A stretch of 64,000 nucleotides of DNA from Octopus vulgaris (GCA_951406725.2 OX597826.1:16988001-17052000), one strand, 5' to 3'; positions 26,769 to 41,265 are shown, counted from the first letter of the stretch. Program-made: numbers and translations. The notes: generated from the letters alone by a model not told the origin.

Positions 26769-28053
26769 AACAGCACGAGCAGCAATAAGCCAGATGTCAT
26801 GACACTGGGCCAGATGTTTATACTAACTTCAGTGCTTGTTCTCGTTGCACCCTTCGTCCTCTCTTGATCCAAATGGCTTGCTTTCTCACCAAACTCTTGC
26901 ACCTCAGTGTAATTCTTTCGCACTTATGATGCTATAGATGTGATTGTGTAGTGTTCATATTTGTAGGATGGAATTTAAGTGAATATACATAGATTAAAGT
27001 CATTTCAAAGTATAGTACTTATGGTATATATCGAATCACACGATTATAAGCTTATTGAAATGACACATATGATATCAAGAATCCAAAGGAACTTGTGATG
27101 GTCTACGTCGGCAATATTTAGTCAAATAGAGATCCCTGTTAGTCTGTTTGCCGTGACATGTGTGGACAATAACGAATCGGACTTTCTCCCACCCGTGTTG
27201 TCCATAAGGCTAGAAGCAAATGAATAACGCACTAGTTTACAAGTGACCAATCGACGTTCTTCAAAAATCACACGCAACCACTTTTTAAAAAACTACACAA
27301 GAGAGGGTGAAGTTGAAGCAATGGAATGTTTGAAATGTATTGCCGCAGCGGAAATATTTTTTATCATAGGTTTGCTCTATGAGCAACCAGCTTGAAAATA
27401 AACAACAACCTTAGTGGATGGTTCTATACAAAATCCATCATTGAACTTTGATCAGATAATTGGAATATAAGTATAACAATACAAGGGGGCTCCACCGCAG
27501 TCACTCGATCGGTTCGAAATATCTGATGCATCTACTTCAAAGCTGGCGTCAATGTGGTACATACAAAAAGGTATTCCTTGATATACGATTACATGATTAC
27601 GACTGAAAGGCATTTGATCAAAGATTCGATCAATCAAGAATGAACTGGAACTTAGCAAAATTCAAAAACAACATAATATCTTTTCTAAATGGAGAAAGAA
27701 AATAAAAATAAAAACGTTTATGAAAAGTTAAACATGAATTACAATGATAGCGTTTATATTTAAAAGAAAATGAGAACAATGTCTGTTAGTCTACTCATTT
27801 ATGTTGTAACATTTTCATGTAACATTACAGATCAATACATTCAATAAATGAGTTTTGCTCTGTGGAATTCTATTTTATCTTAGATGATTTTTCACACTAA
27901 ATTGAGATCTTTGTTTAATGATCTGAAGAATCTAAAACTGAAGAATTTAAGTAAAAGAACCATATCCCAAAGCTTTGTAATAGTTAATTTAGTCATGAAA
28001 CCGTACACCCGTTTTATTATCTTAGCAATACACGCTATTTAAAATACCTATAT

Positions 28054-28119
<66 letters not shown>

Positions 28120-28904
28120 CTTCCTTCTTCCATCTTTCTCTAATTCTCTATTTTCTCCCCTCCCTCCTTCACCATTTTCTATCTGTCTACCTTTGTCTCT
28201 CCTCTCTTTCCCTCTTTCTCTCTCACTCACCCTCTCACTCTCGCTGCTCACAAGTGACCATCGTCCATGATTTTTCTCCTCATTTGACCACCTTTGTGTT
28301 CTTATCCGACGTCTAAACGAATGGGTGTGTGTGTCCCCCCACTCTCTCTCTCTCTATCTCTCTCCTCTATTTTCTCTCTTTTAGAAAAAAAAGTATTTCC
28401 CAGCGTTCACTATTTTTCATTCGTTCCCGTCTAACGACCCTCCATGTTTATTTTCTTTCGGTTTCCTTGTCGTTTTTTGTTCCCACTGTCGTTTTTTGTT
28501 CCCAACATTGATCCTCCATAAATCTTAAATTTTATTTTAGAAATTATGGGAGCTACTGTCTTTGTTGCTTGAATACTCGAAATGAGGAGTAGATAGACAG
28601 CCAACAACTGATGAAGGGTCCTTTTTTCTGTGTTAACTTGCCCTGTTTTCTATTTGTCCTCGTTGTTTATGTATTTCCCTCGTTTTCCCTCATTTGTTTA
28701 CGTATTTGACTCGCTTATGTCCTGTAATTACTGTCTACGTCTTGTATCTATCTCTCGTGTGTACGTTATTTGCACCGTTGGTGACATCCCGTATTCATAT
28801 ATGCATGTATAAGTATATATATAATATTTATTATCTATATATGTGTATATACATATATGTGTGTATATATATATATATATAAATAGAGAGAGAGAGAGAG
28901 ATAA

Positions 28905-29035
<131 letters not shown>

Positions 29036-30398
29036 TCCCGTTTAGTGTTGACTGTCGGAAAAAAAGAGTATTCGGTGCCATACTAGAGATTAATAATATA
29101 TTTTATATTACTCTAGTCAGCTTTTCGCTACTCTGAGTTTCACCTTTGGATGAACAGGGTCTTCAAGCAATTTAACTTGCAGTATAACAATTCTTTTTAC
29201 TCATTCATGCTATTCTAAGCTACTGCATTGGATATTTGTATGTTAACATCCTCAGTATCCTTAGTTTAAATCTAATTCTAAACCCGAATTTGCAGCATAT
29301 GAGATAATCGTCCCTGCGCGCTATGTCAGTTCTAGTAATAGGTTTGTAAGCAACATCTGTTTACGATTTCAATGACCTGACAATAATCAGTTAAATCAAT
29401 TGCTAGTGTTCCCAGTCTCACAAGCCAACAAGATGCTACGAAGCAATTGTTTTGTGGTAAAATTGTTTTAGGAATGACAAGATTTCACCTATCAGACTTC
29501 GTTATAAAGATTTGGTTGGAATTGACATTTACAATATTTTTTCATTTATTTCTTGCTCAATTCTTTCCAAAGATTTTCTCTTTTCATATTAGAATTAAAG
29601 TAGTCAAGCTACTTAGCTTCTTTTCCCCCGGAATGCTTGAAAGGTCGATGTCCAGCTGTGCGCATTAAACATCAATTTCACTTTATTATCAGCATCCGCT
29701 TTAGAGTATTTACACTGATGACAACTGTACAATAGTTTTACAAAGAATGATGATGCATGATCATTATTCGTTCAGTGAAACCGACTGGTAGCTTGGGTAT
29801 CACACAAACAAGAATGTTCTTGATGGCAAGCCTCTGGCATGGTTTGACGATCACAAGGTAAAAGTCATACGTAATACTCAGAAAATGAAACCCCCTTTCT
29901 TTCTTTCATTTGACTTCCTGTATTTCATGTCTTTCTGAAAACTCATATATCAATGTCAAATTGACCCACTCCTCACTTTCTGTCTAGTTACTGGAGTTAC
30001 ACAAACTATAAAGACCTACAAGTTCCAAGTTCCTTACTTCAGGTTTATGATTCCACTGCAAGATCGATGTACTCTACTAGAGGCTATGCACAACGGAAAA
30101 ATTACCCAACAGAACACAACTAGCATTACACACACAAAATACAATACTAACACTAATATAATAACAGACTGCATCAGACACCATAAGAAAAGAAACTGAC
30201 GCGATACAATACCGGGAAGAGTTTGTAAACCCTCAAGAAAAAAACACACACTGCTTCATGCATCCCAGCAACACGGTGTTGTAGCAGGTGACACAGTAGA
30301 CATTTCTCTCAAACTACCAAATGTGGAATAATAATAATAATGATAATAATAATAATAACAATAATAATAATAACAACAACAACAACAACAACAACAAC

Positions 30399-30433
<35 letters not shown>

Positions 30434-30439
30434 TAATAA

Positions 30440-30568
30440 TAATCCTTACTACGATAGGCATAAGGCCGGAAATTTTGGAGAAGGAAACGTCAAATACATC
30501 GATTCCAGTGCGTACCTTGCACTCATCTCATCGACCCCGAAAGAATAAATGGCAAAGTAGAATTCTCT
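30440..30568 (-). mobile_element. SINE family D 3' part next to an (AAT)n/(AAC)n tract
   Basis: Reverse complement ctttgccatttattctttcggggtcgatgag..gcactggaatcgatg. Confidence 0.7.
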
Positions 30569-30839
30569 ACCCTAGGTATCAAGAACACACTCGCCAAGAA
30601 ATGGAAAGAAAATTGAAAGGTGACAATATTGATAATGATGATAATAATAATAATAATAATGAGTGAGAAAATCGCTTCCACAAAATAATTGTTCTTGAAT
30701 ATTAGTGAAAAGAAATTTCCCTCTTCTCTGCAAGTGCGTTCAGGGATTAAACAGAATCTACCCCTGGCAAGCCGTATCTGAGCTAAATTCACAGTTGTCT
30801 TCCCGCCATTTATAACTAATAACTGGAAGGTATAAAAAA

Positions 30840-31200
30840 CAATTTCAAAATTCGGTCGAAATTAAGAAATGGCTTTGTACGTTGTGGGTTAACGTGTGAA
30901 TTGACTCATTGAGTTTTTATCAGACACAAAGGTTTCAAGTCTTCGAGTTATCTACATTGCAAAGAAAATTTAACACGTCTGGAAAAACAGATCTACTGTA
31001 ATCACATCCCGCTCTCCTAGCATTTTGAGTGTATTAATCTTAAATCTTTCGAAGACCTCAAAATTGTTACGGTGAAAAAGTTTGCTACCATCTCGTGAGT
31101 AAAGTATCAAGAACACTCAACAGCTTGATAAACCGAGAAAACAAGTTGGATGAAACTTCAGATTACATATGGTTCAGAAATGCAAATTTCACTTGTATGT
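30840..31200 (+). mobile_element. Possible highly decayed mariner-like transposase
   Basis: DYIWFRNANFTC resembles IWFSDEAHFHL; otherwise weak. Confidence 0.3.
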
Positions 31201-31215
31201 TTCTATCTATCTCCT

Positions 31216-31291
<76 letters not shown>

Positions 31292-31500
31292 GTGAACGCG
31301 TGTGTACCGTTGGCGATTTTTTCCTCCGTCTTCCCTTCCTTGGATCTTTCCTTTTCCTATATTTCTGACGAAGAGCTCCGCTCGAAACGTTAAATCCTCC
31401 TTCTTTCCTTCTCTCCTGAGCGTCCAATAACACTATACTTGTTCCACGTCCTCGCGTTGTTGTGCTTTATCTTCGTGTTTTCATGTTTGGATTAACTATA
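31292..31500 (+). mobile_element. Hammerhead-bearing repeat, family H1
   Basis: Reverse complement of the 11661 copy; flanked by (TA)n. Confidence 0.85.
31361..31395 (+). ncRNA. Minimal hammerhead ribozyme motif
   Basis: AUUU-CUGACGA-A-GAGC-UCC-GCUC-GAA-ACGU-U-AAAU. Confidence 0.7.
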
Positions 31501-33183
31501 CACATATATAGTCTTTCTTATTCCTAAGGACGTAGCTTAAATTGTGCATTATACTGAAAGAACCATTGCATTTTGCATTAATGCAGACATGGAAGTAATT
31601 TATATATTATTAAATATAATAATTTAAATTATTTACATGTTTTCAAGTTACGAAACAATGTGTCGTGATATTTATTTATTTTGTTAAATTCAATTTCATC
31701 AAGGTATTTCTCTGTCATTTATGATTTACAGATATATCACTATATCGACCAGATAATCGGATGATGATAATCACCGATGTTTACAGTGCGTTTTCTCGCA
31801 TTTGTTTTATCCCTCCGATGATGTTACTGCGCTGGCTTGGGGACCAAGCTATGCGTATATATGTATGTGTGTGTGTGTGTGTGTAGTGAGTGTATGTATG
31901 TGTGTATGTATGTGTGTGTATGCTTATGTGACCTGACCCCTATAATTCCAAGACTAAGTTGGCAGGTTGTAAAAGCCGTTACAGTGTTGGATGTATTGCC
32001 TCACAGAATTTGTTCTGACAGTACGATCAGAGTGTATTGGTTACTTGTGATATGATTCCTGGCACTTAGCATTCTGACAGGTGGCACGCGACGATAACGA
32101 TGTCAAACCTCATCATCACGCAGCCTTTTCAGGGATTAAAAATTAGTGGCGTGCAGTAAGGAGATTAACGTGCATGTGCAGCTACCAGTTTCGCTCAAAC
32201 AGTTTTAGCCAGGTCTACACAAACAGTAGACGTTTGAGCAACCTTCACCGAAAGCGGCTCTCGTAGTGATCTTGAGATGAGATTAAGAAACTATTCTAAG
32301 ACCATGATTAGGCATTTTATAAATATATAAGCATGAAACAATTGTGCTGACATTTCAATGCCAGTAAATGTTATTCTGTGATACACGGGCACGCACGCGC
32401 GCACACACAACCACAAGCAACCACACACACACATATACATATCATGTATGTATATATGTATGGTGTCTGTAATATACAAAGCCTTAGTACCAGTTGTGTA
32501 AAGAGAGATAGTTATCCCATAGATTATATACCTGTTTACCTCTTCCTTCGCCTCACAATCGTCCGCTTTGCCTCTCCTCTCTCTCTCTCTCTCTCTCTCT
32601 CGCACTCATTTTCTCTCTACTGTTTTTCTTTCCGCTTTCCGAAGAAAACAAATCTTGTTCAATGGACATCTTACGAAATGGAATTATTCCTAACAAGATT
32701 TGCAACTTTATGATGATATAATGTATTCAGGAGTAGTACGAGTCGTAATGAAGACGGCAGCAATGTTTAATTATAGTGGATTTTTGGCGGAGGTATTTCC
32801 TCATTTCACAACTGAAATTATATTTATCAACGAAGCAATTTCTTTTGCTACTGATATGAAAAAAATAAAAACAGTTTGTCAGTAGAAGGAAACCCCTGTG
32901 AGAATCCCGGTGATGTTTTTAACAATTCCTCACGCTCCAATAGATACATCCGAATCACGATTGCAAATCTAGGAAAACATCACAAACAGCCTCAGGAAAC
33001 GTATTCCTATCGATAACGTTTTTCCTTTATATTTTGTTTTTATGCCTTATTAACAGGGTTTTTTTTTATGTATATGAATTTTTACACAAGAACTTACGTA
33101 GATGTAATACAAGCAAAAACATTTTATTATATATCTGCGTGTAAATAAATATCTCATTGTATGTATGCATGTATGTATGTATG

Positions 33184-33214
<31 letters not shown>

Positions 33215-34436
33215 GTATACACACATTCATACTTGTTTGTATATATGTGAATATGTATGAAAATATGTATGTGTATATGTATATGTGTATACATACATAC
33301 ATACATACATGCATACATGCATACATGCATACATGCATACATGCATACATGCATACATGCATACATTCATACATACATACATACATACATGCATACATGC
33401 ATGCATACATACATACATAAAGACAAATACATAAACATAAATATATATATGTGTATGTATGTATTTACCCATGTTTATGTTTGGGTGGTTAACTGCTTGT
33501 ATGCATATGTGCGTGTGTTGCAATGAGTGTATATGTCAATATATATATATATATATCTGTATATTACAGTGTGTACGACTGTATTTTAGAAACATTGGTT
33601 TCATGGTTTTCCGGGAAGGATTGTAAATATTCGGTAGGTTGTATGAAGATATTTCTATTCTTAAAGGCAATGTTTGTACATTTGCATATATACATATATA
33701 GTTGTTTTTATGTAGTAATTTACGCTTGTGGATATGTATATATAATTCATTTTCAGTATATTTGAATGTTTGATCGTTTGTGGGTGTGTTTATACAAACA
33801 CAAAATCGATATGGAAACAGATAGAAAGATATTCAATAAAAAAATGTAAACGTGTAAGCTCGTTTTAAGTATATATAAATGTGAGCATTCATGCTTGTAT
33901 GTGAATGTGTTTGCATATGTTTAGTATGTATTTGTGTTTGCGTATATGTGATTTTACCTCTCTCAATAAACTTCGGTATAAAGATTAGATAGCAGACGCA
34001 CTTGCACGCACGCATGCACATACACACACACACACGTACGCGCACACACGCGCAAGCACACCCCCATATTATATAAACGTTGGTTCATATATGTACCTAT
34101 ATAATTTTTTTTTCCAGAGCAACAATCACAAAGTAAGGTATAACCTATCAGCTAGTAGTTAGTGACTTTATGCTATGCACCCTTAAATATTTTACCCAGC
34201 GCATAAAAGTTAAATGTTACATATTGTTAATCAACTTACAAGAAGAAGATAAAGTATCACAGGCGTTTCAAAGATTCAACGAATGATTGATTCTCTATTT
34301 CAAATTCTGCAAACAGCCGTATACAATGAGACAGCAAATAAGCAAAGAGCAAAAGATTTTGCCAATTTATATGAAGCATGATACGTGAATATTTTCAAGT
34401 TGAATATCTTCCTCGGAGGAAAGAGCGGCAAATGTT

Positions 34437-34467
<31 letters not shown>

Positions 34468-34470
<3 letters not shown>

Positions 34471-34678
34471 GTTAATCCAAACAAGAAAACACAAAAAAGC
34501 AAAAAAACACAGCAACGCGAGGGCGTGGAACAAATAAAGTATTATTGGACGCTCAGGAAAGAAGGGAAGAAGGAGGATTTAACGTTTCGAGCGGAGCTCT
34601 TCGTCGGAGACATAGGAGAAGGAAAGATCCCGAGAAGGGACGACAGAGGAAAAAAATCGCCAGTGGTACTCACGAGGT

Positions 34679-34682
<4 letters not shown>
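34468..34682 (-). mobile_element. Hammerhead-bearing repeat, family H1 (core mutated to CCGACGA)
   Basis: Homologous to the other H1 copies; (TA)n on both sides. Confidence 0.85.
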
Positions 34683-34727
<45 letters not shown>

Positions 34728-34917
34728 AAACGTTTGATTCAGAATCCTTGGCACTCTGAGTTTCAAGCACGTGGCTAGTCTTCGGAGTCCGAATAAGAGT
34801 TCGATTGAAGAGAATCAATGTTTATTGCTTGATGTTAGCCTGTAATTGGTTGAGAATAGTAACACAGTACTGGTGTCGGTAAATTCGGCGACAGCAATTA
34901 GATGGAAAATACCTCAT

Positions 34918-34986
34918 GGTGAACAGGAAATCGACCGCGTGGCGAGCATGAAATCGGCCGCCTGGTGGACAAGATAACGGTCGTGT
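34918..34986. repeat. Three diverged tandem 23-bp units
   Basis: ggtgaacaggaaatcgaccgcgt / ggcgagcatgaaatcggccgcct / ggtggacaagataacggtcgtgt. Confidence 0.7.
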
Positions 34987-35040
34987 GTTTGGGGGAGGTA
35001 GGAAGGGGTAGTAGATGTGGGGGTATATATGTATATATGA

Positions 35041-35376
35041 GAATCCTGCCTCTCAAAGGTTGTAGTATACAAAGCCATCCTTAAACCATCCGATGGTATT
35101 ACTAGGCACTACATGGGCATGGCAGCCAATAATTTCAATGGAATATATTCCCAGCACTTGCATTCATTTACATCCAGAGACAGAGAGAACTCCACCTCCC
35201 TGTAACGCTTTCTCTGGAGACTGCGTGACCTCCGCGACGAAATACCCAGCATCAAGAGAACTATTATTGGCAGGGCGTTACCATATTCACCTGGCGCCCC
35301 TAATTGCCAGTTGTGTCTCCGCAAAAACCTGCTTATCATCTACCAGCCCGCAGTATCCAACAACAAGAAATATTAA
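35041..35376 (+). mobile_element. Penelope-like GIY-YIG endonuclease pseudogene fragment
   Basis: CLSKVVVYKA..HYMGMAANNF..HLHSF..NSTSL*RFLWRL..IIGRALPYSPGAPNCQLCL; one internal stop. Confidence 0.85.
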
Positions 35377-35654
35377 GTATCGTATAGCTGTCACCAGCAG
35401 TACACTATTCTGGTAAATTTCAAGCCACTGATCGGATATACCTCCTTAGTACGAGCTAACTCTAGAACCACCTGCACCAAGGTCACAGTTACAAATTAAG
35501 CCTCATTAACAGCACCGCAAATCATCGACTCACCCCCGCACACACACACTTCTCGATACCTGTTTACCCGTATACATACTTTTACATCACGTTGTTCATT
35601 ATCACGTAAATCTGCAATAGGTATGTAAATGACATTAATATTCTAGTTAAGACC

Positions 35655-35870
35655 GGACTCTAGTAATAGTAATGAAGAAACCGAGAGGAGCATAATGGAG
35701 GGCATCCAACATATATCTGACTCCATCTACCAAAGTATCAAGGTAACTATCGATTACTCGATTAGGCACCTTAACAATAGACTTACTGTCCTTCAAACTG
35801 AACTTTGTTAAGAGACTATGAACAACAGAGTGCAGCCCCTCCACTATTACAAGAAACACATAGCTTGTAA
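35655..35870 (+). mobile_element. Penelope-like RT fragment
   Basis: ERSIMEGIQHISDSIYQSIKVTIDYSIRHLNNRLTVL..HYYKK resembles the PLE RT motif IANSI..I..T.D.PS.H..G..P.LD. Confidence 0.6.
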
Positions 35871-36227
35871 ATATGTGTACAGCTATTATACAGTTTTTAT
35901 ACTACAAGACTTCCATAGTAGCTTTCACTCGGAAACTCTCAAAGCCTTTCGGGTTTGTTTATAAAAATATTATTTATGTAGTATTGAGACAATTTAAGTA
36001 TATATCAGTTAAATTTGACTGAAATTGACTGTTGAGCGTTTGGACAGTCAGATTCTCAAGGAGGCATGGAAGCATCGATTTGTGGGTTTGATTCAGCCTG
36101 AGGTTAGCTTATCATATTTCGGTCATTTGTTTATATTTAAAAATTGTCGCTTCAAAATCGGAGATTAAATATCATTATGATATATATTATATACAGTTAT
36201 TACACAGTTATATATACATACATACAT

Positions 36228-36260
<33 letters not shown>

Positions 36261-36375
36261 CATACATGTGAATGTGTTAAATAATAAGGCACTAAAAGAG
36301 AGTGACTCTCCCCAGAAACAACAAAATATGCTTCAACATACAAACTCACATAAAGAGCTTTGCAAACCAAATCCG

Positions 36376-36465
<90 letters not shown>

Positions 36466-36467
36466 TG

Positions 36468-38528
36468 AGTGAGTATTATTCCAAACTTACAGGGAAAAAT
36501 TCAATTTAAAAATACTAAATCAAATTTCAAAAAATATTATATATATATATAAATTAGGAAAAACCCACCTTTAATTAATTCCATAATGAAAAATTAAATT
36601 ATACTATCTAGAAAATTACATATTATAGAAAGATTAAATATAAGATAAAACATATAAATATGATTAAGTAATGTGCAAAATAATAAATAAAACGTATATA
36701 TTTGGTATAATAACGACACGTGTTTCGTGGCTATATTTAAGAGATGATAATAGTAAAAATAATAGTAGTAGCAGTAGTAAAATCATTTCAATATAAATAT
36801 AGCCACTCTTCAGGTTAAAGATAACAACAATAATAAAATAATTCATTAGATAAATTAATAAATATATGTAAATAATCTTATAAAATACGAAATATTTTAA
36901 CAAATATATTTTTGTTTAAAAAATGAGATACAATTAATTAAAATATTTAATATATATATAAGATGCAAAATAGACATTAAGTGAAAAATACAACACTTTA
37001 AACTATATACATTAAATCAAATTATTAAGTAATGTATTTATATTCAATATTTAATAAAGAACCAAATAAAGTTTAATACACATTAAGCAATTTATACCAA
37101 AAACCTTAATGTTAAGTAATATACACAATGCTAGTACAACCCATAAATACTGGAATCAAAAATAGGAAATGGTTCAAATATACACACACCTATTATATAA
37201 ACTAATATACATCATTAATATATATGTAGTATCTGCAGATTTAATATTTCACTCAATACTATAGTTGACCAAAATATCAATAAATATATGACTAATTTAC
37301 TTAAATGTAATAGTACGTAATATATATACCACCTAATTATTAAATAATGCATCGTCTATCAAAGCTAATTCGCAAATTAAATTATGTGTAATAGGTAAAA
37401 ATAATAATAAAGCATTCTAAATAAATAGATATCATAACTAATAACTTTCATAAATAATAACTATCAAGAAACTAAATATAAAAATAATATTTCAACAGCA
37501 ACAACAACAACAACAACAACAATAATAATAATAATAATAGTAATAATAATACACAAACCCAATACAATTCAAAAGGTAAATAATATTGGTAACCAAAAAA
37601 CGTTACTTACCGATGAAAACGATATAACTGAATTTTAAACTTAAAAAATAGGTGAAGATGTGAACAAATAGAATAAAATTATCAATGAAAATGAAAACTA
37701 TTTATTAATGAAAACACAATGCTAGTACAACCCATAAATACTGGAATCAAAAATTGGAAATGGTTCAAATATACACACACCCATTATAAAATCTAACTAT
37801 ATTATCAATATATATGTAGTATCTATAGATTTAATATTTCACTCAATAATATAGTTGACCAAAATATCAATTAATATAAAACTAATTTACTTAAATGTAA
37901 TACTACGTAATAAATATACCACCTAATTATTAAATTATGCATTGTCTAACAAAACTAATTCTCAAATTAAATTATATATTATATATAAAAATAATAATAA
38001 AGCATATTAAATAAACAACAACAACAACAATAATAATAATCATAATAATAATAATCATAATAATAATAATCATAATAATAATAATAATAATGATAATAAT
38101 AATAATAACAATCATCAAACCCATTACAGTTCAAAAGCCAAATAATATTGATAACCAGCGGAATATTTATTACGTAGTATTACATTTAAGTAAATTAGTT
38201 TTATATTGATATTTGGTCAACTATAGTATTGAGTGAAATATTAAATCTATAGATACTACATATATATTAATAATATAGTTAGTTTATATAATGTGTGTGT
38301 ATATATTTGAACCATTTCCTATATTTGATTCCAGTATTTATGGCTTGTACTAGCATTGTGTATATTACTTAACATTAAGGTTTATAACTTGCTTAATGAG
38401 TATTAGACTTTATTTGGTTCTTTATTAAGTATTAAATATAAATATATTACTTAATAATTTGATTTAATGTAAATAGTTTAAAGTGTTGTATTTTTCACTT
38501 AATGTATATTTTGTATCTTATATATATA
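36468..38528 (-). mobile_element. Very AT-rich composite repeat: hammerhead, tandem duplication and long inverted repeat
   Basis: Direct repeats ~37124-37600 and ~37714-38156; inverted repeat 36951-37328 vs 38163-38528; abuts (AAT)n at 36376-36465; end related to 54405-54470. Confidence 0.8.
36711..36817 (-). ncRNA. Type I hammerhead ribozyme, canonical core, long stem II
   Basis: UAAC-CUGAAGA-GUGGCUAUAUUUA..UAAAUAUAGCCAC-GAA-ACACGUGU-C/GUUA; 13-bp perfect stem II, GUC cleavage site. Confidence 0.9.
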
Positions 38529-38833
38529 CATATGTCATCAGCCACAAGGTATAAATATTTTAAACGGGGAAAAATTACAGTTTACAAGGAATAAAATAAA
38601 GAAGTAAATTAGAAGAATAAAGAGTAACAGTAGCTGGAAGAATATACGCAGGAGGATATGGATGTTGGTCAGTACTTTCATAAAAGTATAGGTGTTTAGT
38701 TAGAATCTCAGGTAAATCCAGGCAACATTTAAGCAGCAGTCTGAATGATGTATTTATATTGTAAATGTGTTAGAGCGACAAAAAGGTGACTTGAGGTACT
38801 TGTTTTGCCTTAGTTTTGATATTTCCTCTGATA

Positions 38834-38877
<44 letters not shown>

Positions 38878-38916
38878 TGTGTGTGTGTACATGTGTATGT
38901 GTATATGTTTAAATGT

Positions 38917-39223
38917 GGAGGCGCAATGGCCCAGTGGTTAGGGCAGCGGACTCGCGGTCGTAGGATCGCAGTTTCGATTCCCAGACCGGGCGTTGTGAGT
39001 GTTTATTGAGCGAAAACACCTAAAAAGCTCCACGAGGCTGCGGCAGGGGATGGTGGTGATCCCTGCTGTACTCTTTCACCACTCTTTCTCTCACTCTTTC
39101 TTCTGTTGGCCTGCTTGCTTAGCCAGCGGGGTGGCGTCATTCGAAGGCTAAAACAGTGCGAACGCATTGTGACCAGCGATGTGTAACAACATCTGATGTC
39201 TGGTCGGTCACGTTATCACGTGA
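38917..39223 (+). mobile_element. SINE family B, tail type 2
   Basis: Same ~185-bp head as the 26389 copy, unrelated 3' part. Confidence 0.9.
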
Positions 39224-39395
39224 CATGTATAAATACTATATACATATGCATGTATGGTATGTATTTGATGAATACGACATACGTATTCTTTATATGCAAA
39301 TGTATAATTGTGTATGCGTGTGAGTGCTCATTCGTGTGTGTACACATGTGTGAGCGCGTGTGAATATGTGTTTATATCATTCACTTTAAAAGTTT

Positions 39396-39435
39396 GCACT
39401 ACTATCGTTTCGACCTGTGACCATCATCAGGTGAA
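39396..39435 (-). ncRNA. Hammerhead-like motif, imperfect
   Basis: UCAC-CUGAUGA-U-GGUC-ACA-GGUC-GAAACGAUA-GUAGUG; stem II relies on G-U pairs. Confidence 0.5.
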
Positions 39436-39699
39436 TTTATAAATTTTCATTTATAGATTAAACGTAAATCTATATAAAATTTCACCACTACTTATTAAAG
39501 CGTTAAACTAACTAACAATCTTATATGTACGACACTAATTTTTTTTTTTAATGAAACTGAAATTCAAAGAATATAAGTCATTGTTGCTAGTTATATATAT
39601 TATGCTGTTGCCATGAATTTACAGATTTTGTTTACTGGTAATCCTTCCTTGGGTCATGTGATTGTCTACAATGTATCACAAAACAACGTCCTCATTCTT

Positions 39700-40200
39700 T
39701 AGAGTGGCAGAGCATGAAACATTTGTAGAATTTAAGCTGTGGTTGTAAGCTTCGTGGATGTGACTGTTGATTAATATACAGGTTTCCACTAACCGTATAG
39801 TAAACAAATAATCATACCAATGTATTGGTAAATACGCAAATAACGCCAGGGTAAGTATGATAAATAACGGGGTAGTCAAAAATATTTCCCTTGAAATTTC
39901 TGTCAAGAAGGCTACTTTCTATAAATCATATAAGTCTATCAAATCCTTTGTATATTTAAGGCTGAGAGAAGACAACGGGTAGTATCTGTTTGGGGTAGAG
40001 TTGGTGGAGCAGACAGACATCCTAAATGGTATTAGTCATAAAATCAAGATTTATTTGAAGCAATGTCATGAGGTTTAGTAAGAGAATACTTAAAACAAGA
40101 TATTGGCTGGTAATTAAGGTATCGCCCACTAGCAGACCATTGTTAATAGGACAGGGGATGTCTTATCATGTAGTACTATAGTTAAATACTATAAAACAAT
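39700..40200 (+). mobile_element. Possible decayed L1/Tx1-like RT remnant
   Basis: Faint resemblance only (Y.NARVSMINNGVVKNISLEISVK); many stops. Confidence 0.3.
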
Positions 40201-40467
40201 GCTGCTATATTATATACAGATAAAGTTTAGGGTTGTTCAAAAGATTATTAAGAAGAATAGTTTTGAATACTTTTTAGTATATATCAAATTTCACACAATA
40301 GAGGGAGGAAAAGAAAATATATAAATAGCTTAATATTTATACACGTAAATATCCATTTATCAGATATCTCTGAATATTGATTAAATGATATTTACTGGTA
40401 TTAATAAAGAAGTATTGAGGGAAAAGAACAGGCTAATTATATATAAAAAATTTTAGTCTAAAATTTA

Positions 40468-40590
40468 GTCTATTGCCGATCCGTTAAGTTACAGGGACAT
40501 GAACACAACTAGATTGGATGTCAATCGATGCTGGTGGGGGCAAACGCACACACATATACAATACACACACACACACACACATACACATAC

Positions 40591-40638
<48 letters not shown>

Positions 40639-40892
40639 GTGTGTATATACATGTATATATACACACACACAAATATATATATATGTGTGTGCGTATATAT
40701 ATCTATATATATATATGCACACATACACACATACATACGATGGTCTTCTTTCATTTTCCGTCTATCGAATCCACTTACAAAGCTTTCGTCAGGCTGAGGC
40801 TTTAATAGACGACAGCTGCCCGAGCTGTCATGCAGTGTGACTGAACCTGGAACTATCTGGTCGGGAAGCAAGTTTCTTACCACAACAGCCTC
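40468..40892 (-). mobile_element. SINE family A, diverged and partial
   Basis: Homology to the other copies; expanded internal microsatellite. Confidence 0.85.
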
Positions 40893-40955
<63 letters not shown>

Positions 40956-41265
40956 TGTATTTACTATGATTATATGTATATATGAACCGACAGAGAAGGA
41001 TAAGCAATCTGTATGCAGTTTTGTCTGATTTGTTTTGACATAATATTAATCGAATAAATGTATCCCATTGTTGTGTTGTAATTGCGATTTTCAATGCTTT
41101 CTGTGGAGATCAAATTTTTATTACGTAATTTCAATAGATATATATACACTCATATAGACAGAAGCACGTACATTCACACACACATACACACAAACACACA
41201 GACATACAAACATACAGACACACAACACACACATATACCCACACACACACACACATATATGTATA

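Noticed and set aside
34918-34986. CRISPR-like repeat array
   Set aside because: No spacers, diverged units, eukaryotic context, no cas genes
38917-38990. tRNA-like sequences at SINE heads (also 26391, 52661, 24297)
   Set aside because: They continue into SINE bodies and lack a complete cloverleaf, so they are not tRNA genes
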